Positions 1 through 9,550 of a stretch of DNA of 51,256 nt are shown in pieces; position 1 is the stretch's first letter; each line of letters opens with the position of its first letter. The notes under the pieces were generated by a model that saw only the letters and a program-made list of their open reading frames with translations, had not been told where the DNA came from and did not search any database. The position numbers and the translations under genes are program-made. The DNA is from a virus (Duplodnaviria > Caudoviricetes), in IMG/VR virus record IMGVR_UViG_3300049924_000165, positions 1-51,256 of that record, one strand, 5' to 3'.

Positions 1-2
1 AT

Positions 3-1817
3 CCTGTAGGGAAAAAGGTTCAGGCTGCTGCGGATGCCGTTACCGCGCACCAGGGCACGGAGTGGGAATCTCTGCTCACCTGGCCCGATGCTCCGAAGCG
101 GAAGCTAAAGCTCGTCGAACGCGAGCCGTGGGACTTGTCGTGCGAGGATTGGGAGGCGCGGATACTGGCCGGGAAATCGCTAGTGCCGGCGCTGCCGTTG
201 TTCAAGGAACAGGCGACGCGGGCGGGTGGTATTTTCGACGGGTTGCGGTTATCGGATGTGCCTGGAACGCCCTACTTGGCGGAGGCGTGCGGGGAGTGGT
301 TTCGGGACATGGTGCGTGCGCTGTTAGGTTCGCTCGACCCGGCCACGCAGCAGCGGATGATTCGGGAGTTGTTCGCGCTGGTGTCGAAAAAGAACAGCAA
401 GACGACCTACGGTGCGCTGATGATGTTGACGGCGTTGCTACTGAACCGCCGGCCGAATGCTCCGTTCATCATGACCGCGCCGGTGCGGGATATCGCGGAC
501 CTGGCGTTCTCCGCGGCAGCTGGCGCGATTGCGCTTGATACGGTGCTGCAGAAAAAATTGCATGTTCGGGAGCACTTGAAAAAAATTGTGCATCGGGAGA
601 CGCACGCCGAGCTCGCCATCATGACCTTTGACCCGGCGACGCTGACCGGGCAGAAATGCGCCGGCGTGTTGATTGACGAGTTGCACGTTGTTGCGAAGAT
701 GAAGCATGCGCCGTCCGCGATTCGCCAACTACGCGGCGGTATGCTGCCGTTCCCCGAATCGTTCATGGCGTTCATTACCACGCAGTCCGAGGAAACGCCG
801 AGCGGGGTGTTCAAGGCGGAGTTGATCAAGGCGCGTGAGATCCGCGACGGTCGCCGCAAGGGCGCGATGCTGCCGGTTCTCTACGAGTTCCCGCGCAGCA
901 TGCAGGCGAAGCCGGATGTGTGGCGAAATCCGAAGAACTGGCCGATGGTCACGCCGAATGATGGGCGCTCGATCACGGTGGCGCGTCTGATCGAAGAATT
1001 CGACGTTGCGCAATCTACCTCGGAGGAAGAATTGCGCGCATGGGCGTCGCAGCATCTGAACGTCGAGATCGGGCTCGCGCTGCACTCCGACCGCTGGGCC
1101 GGAGCCGATTATTGGGAGCAGCAGGCGCGGCCGCGTTTCAAGCTGGATGAGTTGATCGCCCGTTGCGAAGTAATCGACGTAGGGATTGACGGCGGTGGGT
1201 TGGACGACCTGCTCGGTCTTGCCGTGGTCGGTAGGGATAAAACGACCGGCGAATGGGTGAATTGGGTGCATGCCTGGGCACATCCGAAGGTGCTCGAGTT
1301 GCGCAAATCCGAGGCGGGCAAGTTCAAGGACTTCGCCGCAGATGGTGACCTGACAATTGTCGAGTCGATCGGTGATGACGTCGAGGAATGCGCCTCGCTG
1401 GTGGCGCGGTGTGACGCATCGGGCAATCTCGACAAGATCGGCGTTGACCCGCACGGGCTGGGCGGGATACTGGATGCGCTGGCCGCCGCCGGGGTTGCGA
1501 TGAAAAGCATCGGCGCGGACGGCAAGGAATACGACAAGATCATCGGCATCTCGCAGGGCTGGAAAATGACCGGCGCGATCAAGACCGCGGAGCGAAAACT
1601 TGCCGACGGAACGCTCATTCACGGCGGGCAGCCGCTGATGGCGTGGTGCGTCGGAAACGCCAAGGTTGAGCCGCGCGGTAACGCGGTGATTATCACGAAA
1701 CAGGCGGCGGGAACGGCGAAGATCGACCCGCTGATTGCGACGCTAAATGCCGTCACGCTGATGGCGCTCAATCCGGCGGCGCCGGGGCGTGCCGAGCCGC
1801 AGTTGCTATTCGTTTAG
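3..1817 (+). CDS. terL: Terminase large subunit (frame open from the window edge; may include the small-subunit C-terminus)
   Basis: Walker A-like VSKKNSKT, Walker B VLIDELH, coupling motif FITTQS, nuclease motifs VGIDGGGLDDL and KIDPLIA. The ORF track starts it at TTG 135, but the frame has no stop back to base 3. Confidence 0.93.
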   Translation, partial: PVGKKVQAAADAVTAHQGTEWESLLTWPDAPKRKLKLVEREPWDLSCEDWEARILAGKSLVPALPLFKEQATRAGGIFDGLRLSDVPGTPYLAEACGEWFRDMVRALLGSLDPATQQRMIRELFALVSKKNSKTTYGALMMLTALLLNRRPNAPFIMTAPVRDIADLAFSAAAGAIALDTVLQKKLHVREHLKKIVHRETHAELAIMTFDPATLTGQKCAGVLIDELHVVAKMKHAPSAIRQLRGGMLPFPESFMAFITTQSEETPSGVFKAELIKAREIRDGRRKGAMLPVLYEFPRSMQAKPDVWRNPKNWPMVTPNDGRSITVARLIEEFDVAQSTSEEELRAWASQHLNVEIGLALHSDRWAGADYWEQQARPRFKLDELIARCEVIDVGIDGGGLDDLLGLAVVGRDKTTGEWVNWVHAWAHPKVLELRKSEAGKFKDFAADGDLTIVESIGDDVEECASLVARCDASGNLDKIGVDPHGLGGILDALAAAGVAMKSIGADGKEYDKIIGISQGWKMTGAIKTAERKLADGTLIHGGQPLMAWCVGNAKVEPRGNAVIITKQAAGTAKIDPLIATLNAVTLMALNPAAPGRAEPQLLFV

Positions 1818-1823
1818 CCGGTT

Positions 1824-1839
1824 GGTGTATGATTACGCC
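1824..1839 (+). promoter_or_regulatory. Putative late promoter motif GGTGTATGATTACGCC (copy 1)
   Basis: Identical 16-mer at 21775-21790. Contains -10-like TATGAT and lies upstream of the capsid gene. Confidence 0.6.
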
Positions 1840-1919
1840 GTAGCAGGGTAATCGCCAACGCCGTGAGGCGTAGGCAAGCCGGGGGCAGCGATGCTCCCGG
1901 TTCCTGAAAGGAGTTTTGA

Positions 1920-4064
1920 GTGCGAGCAGTTTTCCCGCGCGTCCGACTTGAGGCGAAGCCAGAAGGACTGGAATTTCGCCCGCCCGAGTCAGCGGTTTCC
2001 CGATTCGATAAGTCAATCCGCTCCGCTACCAAGGCCGGGTCCGAAGTTGAAATCATCGGGGAGATCGGGAAGTTCGGTATCACCGCGAAACAAATCCGAG
2101 AATCTCTCAAGGCGATTGGTAAAAATTCGACTGTCACTGTCACCATCAATTCGATAGGTGGTGATGTTTTCGAGGGCATCGCAATCTACAATCTTCTTCG
2201 AGAACACGAAGGAAAGATTGTCGTAAACGTGATTGGAATAGCCGCCTCTGCAGCGTCGCTCGTTGCTATGGCTGGAGATTCTATTCACATGAGCGAAGCC
2301 GCGCAGATGATGATTCATAGCTCATCCGGAATCGCCATCGGAAATGAGCAGGACATGCGAGAGTTTGCCGCCCTGCTCGATCGCATGGACACGGCAGTTG
2401 CGACCGTTTATGCGGCCCGCAGCGGAAAGCCGGAATCCGAAATAGTTGCGATGATGAAAAAGGAAACCTGGATGAACGGCGAGCAGGCCGTTGAGTCCGG
2501 TTTCGCGGACTCCTACGACAAAAAGAAAAAGCCGAAGTCCGCCGCAACGCAACCCGTTTTCGCTTCAGTCTCGCCCGCCATGCTCGCCGCGCTAGGCGAT
2601 CAGGCACGGCCGGTCGTTCGACTGAGCGCCACCCCGCCCGGCGCTTCGGGCCAGCAACCCAACCCGAAAGGAAAAAACATGAGAACCATTGCCGAACAAA
2701 TCGGCGCGCTCGAAGCCAAGCGAGCCGCCGATGCAGCGCGGCGCGAAGCCATCCAGAACAAAGCGATGGAAGAGGGTCGCACGAAGGAAGAAGCCGAAAA
2801 ACAGGAATTCGACACGTTGACCGGCGAAATCACCACCATCGACGCCGAACTGGTGGACCTGCGCTTGATGCAAACGCAGGTGCTGGCGAAGGCGACACCG
2901 GTCAACCAGGATCCACCGCAACGCCATGCGATCAATATCCCAGGCAGCGGCATCGTCGGCCTCGGCCCGAAGCTCGAGCCCGGTCAGAAGTTCGCCCGCT
3001 ACGCGATTTCGATGCTGCAGGCGAACGGCAACCCCGGCGTCGCGCTCAAGGTTTTCCAGCAGAATCGCCGCTGGATGGACACCAGCCCCGAAGTCGAAAA
3101 GGTGCTGATGGCGGCGGTGTCCACCGGTGACACCACGACCGCCGGCTGGGCCTCGGAACTGGTCTATGCGCAGAACCTCGCGAACGAGTTCGTGGAGTTC
3201 TTGCGGCCGCTCACGATCATCGGACGGCTGCCGAAACTGCGCCGCGTGCCGTTCAATGTGCGCATGGGCTCGCAAACCGCAGGCTCGACGGGGAATTGGG
3301 TCGGGCAGGCGAAGCCGATCCCGGTGTCCAAGCTCACCACCGGCAGCCTCTCGCTCGGCATCACCAAGGCGGCGGGCATCGTGACGGTGGACGACGAGTT
3401 GCTACGCAGTTCCAGCCCGTCCGCAGAAATTCTGGTGCGGGACGATCTGGCTCGTGCGGTGACGCAACTGGTGGACCTGTCGTTCATCGACCCGAACCAG
3501 GGCGGTGTGGCCAACGTGCAGCCGAGTTCCATGCTTCACGGCATCACGCCGATCACGCCGTCTGGCACCAACGCAGCCGCGTTCAACACCGACATGGCGA
3601 CGCTCTTTGCCACGGCGATTGCGGCGAACCTCGACCCGATGACCGGCATTTTCGTGATGTCGCCGACAACGGCCCTGAAGTTGTCTCTGATGCTGACGGC
3701 GAACGGCGTGAAGCAATTCTCCGACATCAGCATCAATGGCGGTTCGATCAATGGCATTCCGGTGGTGGTTTCCAACGCCGCCAAGATCGCCGGCTCGCCG
3801 CAGTTCGGCGAGATGATCGTGCTGCTGCTACAGGAGGAAATCCTGCTGGCCGATGACGGGCAAGTGACCATCGAGATCAGCAAGGAAGCGGCACTGGAAT
3901 TGCTGGATAACCCGACCAACACGGGCGCCGGCGGCACCACCGCAACCAGCATGATTTCCATGTTCCAGACCCACAGCGCAGCGATCAAGGCCGTGCGCTA
4001 TATCAACTGGACCAAGCGCCGCACGCAGGCCGCGGCGTTCATCCAGGCGGCGAACTACGGCTAA
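1920..4064 (+). CDS. ClpP-type head maturation protease fused to HK97-fold major capsid protein
   Basis: N-terminal ClpP motifs INSIGGDV, AASAAS, MMIH, ETWM...GFAD. Coiled-coil scaffold then HK97 capsid motifs (WVGQAKPIP, INGIPVVVS). RBS AAAGGAG at 1907-1913; second RBS and in-frame ATG at 2679. Confidence 0.92.
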   Translation: MRAVFPRVRLEAKPEGLEFRPPESAVSRFDKSIRSATKAGSEVEIIGEIGKFGITAKQIRESLKAIGKNSTVTVTINSIGGDVFEGIAIYNLLREHEGKIVVNVIGIAASAASLVAMAGDSIHMSEAAQMMIHSSSGIAIGNEQDMREFAALLDRMDTAVATVYAARSGKPESEIVAMMKKETWMNGEQAVESGFADSYDKKKKPKSAATQPVFASVSPAMLAALGDQARPVVRLSATPPGASGQQPNPKGKNMRTIAEQIGALEAKRAADAARREAIQNKAMEEGRTKEEAEKQEFDTLTGEITTIDAELVDLRLMQTQVLAKATPVNQDPPQRHAINIPGSGIVGLGPKLEPGQKFARYAISMLQANGNPGVALKVFQQNRRWMDTSPEVEKVLMAAVSTGDTTTAGWASELVYAQNLANEFVEFLRPLTIIGRLPKLRRVPFNVRMGSQTAGSTGNWVGQAKPIPVSKLTTGSLSLGITKAAGIVTVDDELLRSSSPSAEILVRDDLARAVTQLVDLSFIDPNQGGVANVQPSSMLHGITPITPSGTNAAAFNTDMATLFATAIAANLDPMTGIFVMSPTTALKLSLMLTANGVKQFSDISINGGSINGIPVVVSNAAKIAGSPQFGEMIVLLLQEEILLADDGQVTIEISKEAALELLDNPTNTGAGGTTATSMISMFQTHSAAIKAVRYINWTKRRTQAAAFIQAANYG

Positions 4065-4082
4065 GACAGCGTAGGCTGAACC

Positions 4083-4122
4083 ACGGGCGCGCCGGTCCAC
4101 AACGGACAGCGCGCCCGTTTTT
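4083..4122 (+). terminator. Rho-independent terminator after the capsid gene
   Basis: ACGGGCGCGC...GCGCGCCCGT stem followed by a T run. Confidence 0.75.
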
Positions 4123-4132
4123 CTAGCAAGGA

Positions 4133-5509
4133 ATGGATTTGCGGATACTCGGTTTCGAGTTCAAGCGCGTCAAGCAGCAGCTCCAGGCCGTTCCCTCATC
4201 CGGCGGGGGCTGGATGCAGATTATCCGTGAAGGCTTTGCCGGGGCATTCCAGCAGAACGTCGTCATTGATGCGCCGAGAGATATCCTCGCGTTCTCAGGT
4301 GTGTTCGCGCCGGTCACGCTGATTGCTGGCGATATCGGCAAGCTGCGCGTCAAACTGGTTGCCGAGGATGAGGACGGAATCTGTAGCGAAGTCGAATATG
4401 GTTCGCCATTTTGGCAGCCACTCAGAAAGCCGAATCATTACCAGAACAGAATCCAGTTCTGGATGCAGTGGATACTTTCCAAGTTGCTATGGGGAAACAC
4501 CTATGTTTTGAAGGTGCGCGAGACTTCCCGCGGCATGGTGAAGCAACTCTACATTCTCGACCCGGCTCGGGTTAAGCCGCTGGTCGCAACGAGCGGTGAC
4601 GTATTCTACGAGTTGTCCGTCGATCACTTGTCCGGGTTGATTGACACCGTGACGGTGCCAGCGTCGGAGATAATCCACGACCGGTGGAATTGCCTGTGGC
4701 ATCCGCTGGTCGGAATCAGCCCGCTCTATGCGTGCGCGCTGTCGGCTACTCAAGGACGGAAGATCCAGAACAACAGCACGACGTTCTTCAATAACGCTAG
4801 CCGCCCGTCCGGCATCCTGGTGGCGCCGGGAGCAATCAGCGATGAGAACGCGGCCATCATGAAAGCGCGCTGGGAGGAAAACTACAGCGCCGGGAATTCC
4901 GGCCGCACGGCGGTTCTCGGCAATGGATTGAAATATGAATCCATGTCCGTGCCGGCGCAAGAGGCGCAATTGATCGAGCAGTTGAAGTGGACGGTCGAGG
5001 ACGTGGCGCGATGCTTCCACATGCCGCTATTCAAGGTCGGCGGTGACGTTCCGGCCGGCAGCACGATTGAGGCGCTGAACCTCATGTATTACTCAGACTG
5101 CCTGCAAGCGTTGATCGAGGCGGCTGAGATTTGCATGGATGAAGGTCTGGAATTCAAGGATAGCCAGCGCTATTACACCGAATTCGATCTGGACGGCCTG
5201 CTACGGATGGATCAGGTGGCGCAAGTGAAGATGCTGGCCGAGAGCGTGAAGGGCGGAATCCGTTCACCGGACGAAGCGCGCGAGAAGTTGAACCTGCCGC
5301 CGGTTGCTGGCGGCGATTCCGTCTATCTGCAGCAGCAGAATTACAGCACCGCCGCGCTTGCGAAGCGCGACGCGAAGGATGATCCGTTCGAGACGGCGCC
5401 CAAAGCTGCATCGCCGGCACGCACCGCCGCGAACGATGACGAGATGCAGGCGGCGGCGCTCGCCAATGCGTTCATCAAGGGGCTGGAGACCGATCGTGTT
5501 ACCGCGTGA
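4133..5509 (+). CDS. Portal protein, HK97 family
   Basis: KPNHYQNRIQFW, LLWGNTY, GISPL, RPSGIL, VARCFHMP, SPDEAREKLNLPPVAGGD. Confidence 0.95.
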   Translation: MDLRILGFEFKRVKQQLQAVPSSGGGWMQIIREGFAGAFQQNVVIDAPRDILAFSGVFAPVTLIAGDIGKLRVKLVAEDEDGICSEVEYGSPFWQPLRKPNHYQNRIQFWMQWILSKLLWGNTYVLKVRETSRGMVKQLYILDPARVKPLVATSGDVFYELSVDHLSGLIDTVTVPASEIIHDRWNCLWHPLVGISPLYACALSATQGRKIQNNSTTFFNNASRPSGILVAPGAISDENAAIMKARWEENYSAGNSGRTAVLGNGLKYESMSVPAQEAQLIEQLKWTVEDVARCFHMPLFKVGGDVPAGSTIEALNLMYYSDCLQALIEAAEICMDEGLEFKDSQRYYTEFDLDGLLRMDQVAQVKMLAESVKGGIRSPDEAREKLNLPPVAGGDSVYLQQQNYSTAALAKRDAKDDPFETAPKAASPARTAANDDEMQAAALANAFIKGLETDRVTA

Positions 5510-5870
5510 CTTGCTGCGCAACGTGTCGGCGCTGGCGCCACGTAAGCGCGTGACGGTGCGCGTTTCCGGGATCATTTACGGGCTTCCGGCCGAGCCGCCG
5601 CCGCAGCCGGAAGTTGTGCCGGATGCCATCGAGGCTGCGTCCGCGAAACTGCTGGAAAGCGACGCCCAGACGCGAGCGCTGATTGAGTCATTCGGCCCGA
5701 AGTTGAGCGAGGCGCTGGAGAGCATTGGCGAAGTCGTGGCGACGGTCGCGGAAGGTCAGGCGGAGATCGTGCAGAGCGTCAGGGAGAACACTCGCACGCT
5801 CCATCTTCCCGTAAAACCGGTGCTCGACAAGACCGGGAAGCTCATAGAGGCGCGACGGGTGCAAGAGTGA
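5496..5870 (+). CDS. Hypothetical head-module protein
   Basis: GTG at 5496 with GGAGA RBS, overlapping the portal end; C-terminal part of track ORF 5304..5870. Confidence 0.6.
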   Translation: MLPRDLLRNVSALAPRKRVTVRVSGIIYGLPAEPPPQPEVVPDAIEAASAKLLESDAQTRALIESFGPKLSEALESIGEVVATVAEGQAEIVQSVRENTRTLHLPVKPVLDKTGKLIEARRVQE

Positions 5871-6067
5871 ATATAAACTTCACTCCATTGCGCGAGTTTT
5901 TCTCCCAGGAGTTCAAGAGTTATTACTTGCCGGGGCTTATCTACACTGCACGTCCAGAGGATAAGAAATTGCTCTCGCTTCTTCCGGCGTGGCTTTCCGA
6001 TGGCAAGGTGATTCTGGGAACTCCGGCTGCACCGTTACCTGGGATAGTTACAACATTCGCACATTGA
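5867..6067 (+). CDS. Small hypothetical protein
   Basis: GTGA overlap with the previous stop codon; 66 aa. Confidence 0.6.
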   Translation: MNINFTPLREFFSQEFKSYYLPGLIYTARPEDKKLLSLLPAWLSDGKVILGTPAAPLPGIVTTFAH

Positions 6068-6083
6068 TGATACTGGCAACCTG

Positions 6084-6947
6084 ATGGAAAACAAGATCGA
6101 AGCGATTGCGGCGGGCATGGTTGAGGCCGTGAAGTCTGCGATTGCGCGCTCGGAGTCCGGAATATCCAAACGGCTGGAGGAATTGGACGCGAGAATAAAG
6201 GCTGTGCCTGCCGGCCCGAAGGGTGACAAGGGTGATCCTGGTGAATCGCTGAAGGGAGAGAAGGGCGACAAGGGCGATTCGGTGAAGGGAGATAAAGGCG
6301 ACCCTGGCGCAAAGGGTGACAGTGGGGAAGCGGCCAAGATTGATTACCAACGCATCGCGTCCGAGATCGCGGCGCGCGTGAAACTCGCCGTAGACGAGAT
6401 TCCGAGGCCGAAGGATGGGGTTCCGGGGAAGGACGGCGTTGGCACGAAGGGCGACGCTGGCGATTCGGGGCGAGACGCTGCGGAGCTTGATATTCTGCCA
6501 AGCATTGACGAGGGGAAGTCCTATCGTCGCGGCACCTGGGCAAGCCACAACGGCGGGCTAATCCGTTCGGCGCGGCAGACGGATGCGGTGAAGGACGGAG
6601 ACATAGTGGCTGCCGGCTGGGTCGTGATGGTGGAGGGCATTGCCGCTGTTGTAGTGACGCAGGGCGATGATCCGCGCGTGATTGATATTGCCGCGATGCT
6701 GACGAGCGGCGCTAAAGCGATGTCCACGTTCTCGGTTCCGATGGTCATAGACAGGGGCGTATGGCGCGAAGGTCAGCACGAAAAAGGCGATCACGTTACC
6801 TGGGACGGCAGCGGGTGGATTGCGCAGAAGGCGACGACGGACAAGCCCGGCACTTCTGATGCGTGGAGGCTCAGCACGAAGCGGGGGCGGGATGGGAAAA
6901 ATTTTGACTCCCCGCCCGCAGCGCTTGTGCCGGTGCGTCTGAAGTGA
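6084..6947 (+). CDS. Collagen-like repeat virion protein with a C-terminal carbohydrate-binding-like module
   Basis: Gly-X-Y repeats (GPKGDKGDPGE..., GKDG). C-terminal GVWREG..KGDHVTWDGSGW...WRLSTKRGRDG. Confidence 0.75.
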   Translation: MENKIEAIAAGMVEAVKSAIARSESGISKRLEELDARIKAVPAGPKGDKGDPGESLKGEKGDKGDSVKGDKGDPGAKGDSGEAAKIDYQRIASEIAARVKLAVDEIPRPKDGVPGKDGVGTKGDAGDSGRDAAELDILPSIDEGKSYRRGTWASHNGGLIRSARQTDAVKDGDIVAAGWVVMVEGIAAVVVTQGDDPRVIDIAAMLTSGAKAMSTFSVPMVIDRGVWREGQHEKGDHVTWDGSGWIAQKATTDKPGTSDAWRLSTKRGRDGKNFDSPPAALVPVRLK

Positions 6948-7141
6948 ATCTTGAACTGACACATCGGGATCGGCAGACGATGGACTTGTTGATCGACGAG
7001 GACAAGCGCGATAAGGACGTTGCCGTGTTGCTGGGAGTCAAGCGCCGCACGATAACGCATCGCATCTGGGTCGTGTGCAACAAGTTCGGAGTAGACACGC
7101 GGGTAAGGGCTGCGGTGCTCTATGACCGCATGAGGCGCTGA
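6944..7141 (+). CDS. LuxR/GerE-type helix-turn-helix protein
   Basis: LTHRDRQTMDLL...DKDVAVLLGVKRRTITHRIWVVCNKFGVDTRVRAAV follows the LuxR C-terminal pattern LT.RE...IA..L..S..TV..H......KLGV..R. Confidence 0.75.
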   Translation: MNLELTHRDRQTMDLLIDEDKRDKDVAVLLGVKRRTITHRIWVVCNKFGVDTRVRAAVLYDRMRR

Positions 7142-8289
7142 TGGCTCTTCGCACACTCTTTACCAGACAGCGCCTCGCTATCGCCGCGACAGCGGGGCGC
7201 GTCGTGCTGCCGCCGCTGGTGATCCTGCCGCAGACCTCGATTATCGAAGTTCGCATCCCCCGGCCTACGACACTTACTCCGAGAGCCTTCGGCGGAGCCG
7301 CCCGGATAAAAGTCGCCATCATCGTTACGATCAACGGTGAGGAATTCCGATGCGACGGCGGCACGACCGGAGGCATCAGAAACAGTTTTGCGGGCGGCGA
7401 GATTCCGGAATACGTCCTACGCTACGGGTTGCCGTATGGATTCTTCGATGTTAAATCCGGGTTCCCCGTGCGTCTCGGGGAGCGGGCGGTAACGTCGTAT
7501 GAAGCCAGAGTAGAGATTACTTCCCGCGACGGGTCGATTGATTCCGAGATTCAGGTTTTTGGGTTTGATGCGCCTGCTCCGCTGGATGCCTTTCACAGTT
7601 CAGTCGCTTTTGACGCCGCGACTCAGGCTGAAGAATTGAGCGGTGACGGCGTTCTGTCGTGGTCGCACACGGCGACGGGAGCGAACCTCGGCGTATTCGT
7701 CGGGGTAGGAAATAACGGCGCAACGCCTCGTGCGCAGACCAGCACGACCTACGGCAGCACGGGAATGAATCTGCTGTGGGATACGGTGCCATTCGGAACC
7801 TTTAACGGCAATGCCGGCTATAACTTCCCCGGCGGTTCGACCGTCCCCACCGGCTCGCAGACGATTACGAACACGTTGAACGGAACCGGCGACGAGCACC
7901 GGGCCGGTGCCATATCAATGACCGGAGTGGACCAAACCACTCCAGCAGGAACGCCCAACACCGCCACCGGAAACAGCACGACCGCGACGGTCACGGTTGC
8001 CAGCGTCGGGGCAAACGATATGGTCGTCGCCAGTTGTTCGGGCGGGTGGCTCGGCGCAACTCCCGGAGCGAACGAAACGGAGCGCTACGACGAAACTTCC
8101 CCTGCCGGCACCTTTACCGCTGGCACAACGCAGCTAGGCTCTGACGGCGGTGTGATGACGATGACCCGGACTGCCGCAGGCTTCGATACGAATTGGGGCA
8201 TTGGTGGCGTGGCGTTCAAGCCAGCGGCGGCTGGGGGCGCCAGTATCGTCCCCGTGCTGATGGCGCAATATAGGCGGAGATGGGCATGA
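7141..8289 (+). CDS. Putative virion protein, Thr/Gly-rich and probably beta-rich
   Basis: 382 aa, translationally coupled, T/G/A/S-rich C-terminal domain, located in the head module. Confidence 0.6.
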   Translation: MALRTLFTRQRLAIAATAGRVVLPPLVILPQTSIIEVRIPRPTTLTPRAFGGAARIKVAIIVTINGEEFRCDGGTTGGIRNSFAGGEIPEYVLRYGLPYGFFDVKSGFPVRLGERAVTSYEARVEITSRDGSIDSEIQVFGFDAPAPLDAFHSSVAFDAATQAEELSGDGVLSWSHTATGANLGVFVGVGNNGATPRAQTSTTYGSTGMNLLWDTVPFGTFNGNAGYNFPGGSTVPTGSQTITNTLNGTGDEHRAGAISMTGVDQTTPAGTPNTATGNSTTATVTVASVGANDMVVASCSGGWLGATPGANETERYDETSPAGTFTAGTTQLGSDGGVMTMTRTAAGFDTNWGIGGVAFKPAAAGGASIVPVLMAQYRRRWA

Positions 8290-9353
8290 ATTTCCTACGC
8301 CAGAATACGGCGGTAGTGGTGACGGTCGGGCCGTTCTATGACAAGACGGACGGCGTGACAATCGAAACGGCGCTCACGATAACGAATGAGCGCATCACGC
8401 TGATTGCCGATACGGATGACAATCTGCATCCGGTGGTGATTCTGGATAACCTGACGGGTGCAGCGTCTGGAACGTCGAACGATTTGAACTACGTCCAGGT
8501 TCCCGGCTCGCCGAGCTTGAACAACTCTGCCGGCCTGATGCGACTGGAACTGACGGCCGCGAACACCAACCGCGTTGGACGCATGCGTTTGTCGATCACC
8601 GATGCGGCGAATCACGTCCCGGTATTTGAAACATATTTCGTCCTGCCGCAAGCGATCTACGATTGGCTGACCGGCGTTATCGTTCCGCTGCCGGCGAACG
8701 TAACGACATGGAACGGTTCCGCAGTCGCGACGCCCAATGTTTCAGGCGTTCCAAAGGTTGACGTAACGCATCTGCTCGGCACGGCATGGTTGACGCCGGG
8801 CACGGCCGGCACGCCAGATGTCAATGTGAAGCTGTGGAATGGACTGACCACCGTTGCGCTGCCGCTGGTGCCCACGACGGCGGGGCGCACGCTTGATGTA
8901 TCGACGGGCGGCGAGGCGGGATTGGATTGGGCGAACATAGGTTCCCCGACCACCGCACAGAATTTGAGCGCCACGAACATCGACATCGATCAAGTCGTGG
9001 CGAGTGTGTCGGGTGCCGTTGGCTCGGTGACTGGCGCGGTTGGGAGCGTCACGGGGAACGTTACGGGCAGCATCGGCAGCCTCGCCGCGCAAGCAAAGGC
9101 GGACGTGAACGCGGAAGTGGTGGATGCCTTGGCTACAGACACCTACGCCGAGCCGGCGCAAGGCGCGCCTGGCGCTACGGTTTCGCTCGCCTCGAAGATC
9201 GGCTTCCTATACAAAAACTGGCGCAACAAAAAGACGCAGACCTCGACGACATTCAGTCTGTTCAACGACGATGCCGCGACCGTCGATCATAAGAGCACGG
9301 TATCGGACGATGCGACTACAGCGACACGCGGGGAAATAGCGACGGGACCATAA
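8286..9353 (+). CDS. Putative virion protein (paralog of 9551..10642)
   Basis: N-terminus FLRQNTA..VGPFYDKTD...ETALTI matches the paralog. GAVGSVT repeats. Start is 8280 or 8286. Confidence 0.65.
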   Translation: MNFLRQNTAVVVTVGPFYDKTDGVTIETALTITNERITLIADTDDNLHPVVILDNLTGAASGTSNDLNYVQVPGSPSLNNSAGLMRLELTAANTNRVGRMRLSITDAANHVPVFETYFVLPQAIYDWLTGVIVPLPANVTTWNGSAVATPNVSGVPKVDVTHLLGTAWLTPGTAGTPDVNVKLWNGLTTVALPLVPTTAGRTLDVSTGGEAGLDWANIGSPTTAQNLSATNIDIDQVVASVSGAVGSVTGAVGSVTGNVTGSIGSLAAQAKADVNAEVVDALATDTYAEPAQGAPGATVSLASKIGFLYKNWRNKKTQTSTTFSLFNDDAATVDHKSTVSDDATTATRGEIATGP

Positions 9354-9550
9354 TGGCCATAGATACTGCAGCGAAACGGCTGAGCATCATGGACATGGAT
9401 GAATCGACCATGCCGGGGATGCCCGCGCCCGATGGGGCCATAACGCAAGGCGACCGGCAGCATTTCCTGTGGCTCTATAGCGGAATCCTGGCAGCGGGTG
9501 GCGCGACGGCGTTCCCGTGGATCTATTACCAGATGCAAAGGAACCGATAG
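9353..9550 (+). CDS. Small putative virion protein
   Basis: Coupled ORF (TAATG overlap), 65 aa. Confidence 0.6.
   Translation: MAIDTAAKRLSIMDMDESTMPGMPAPDGAITQGDRQHFLWLYSGILAAGGATAFPWIYYQMQRNR

Noticed and set aside
407-3988. Long minus-strand ORFs over the terminase and capsid genes
   Set aside because: Antisense shadows expected in GC-rich coding DNA, with no motifs or RBS.
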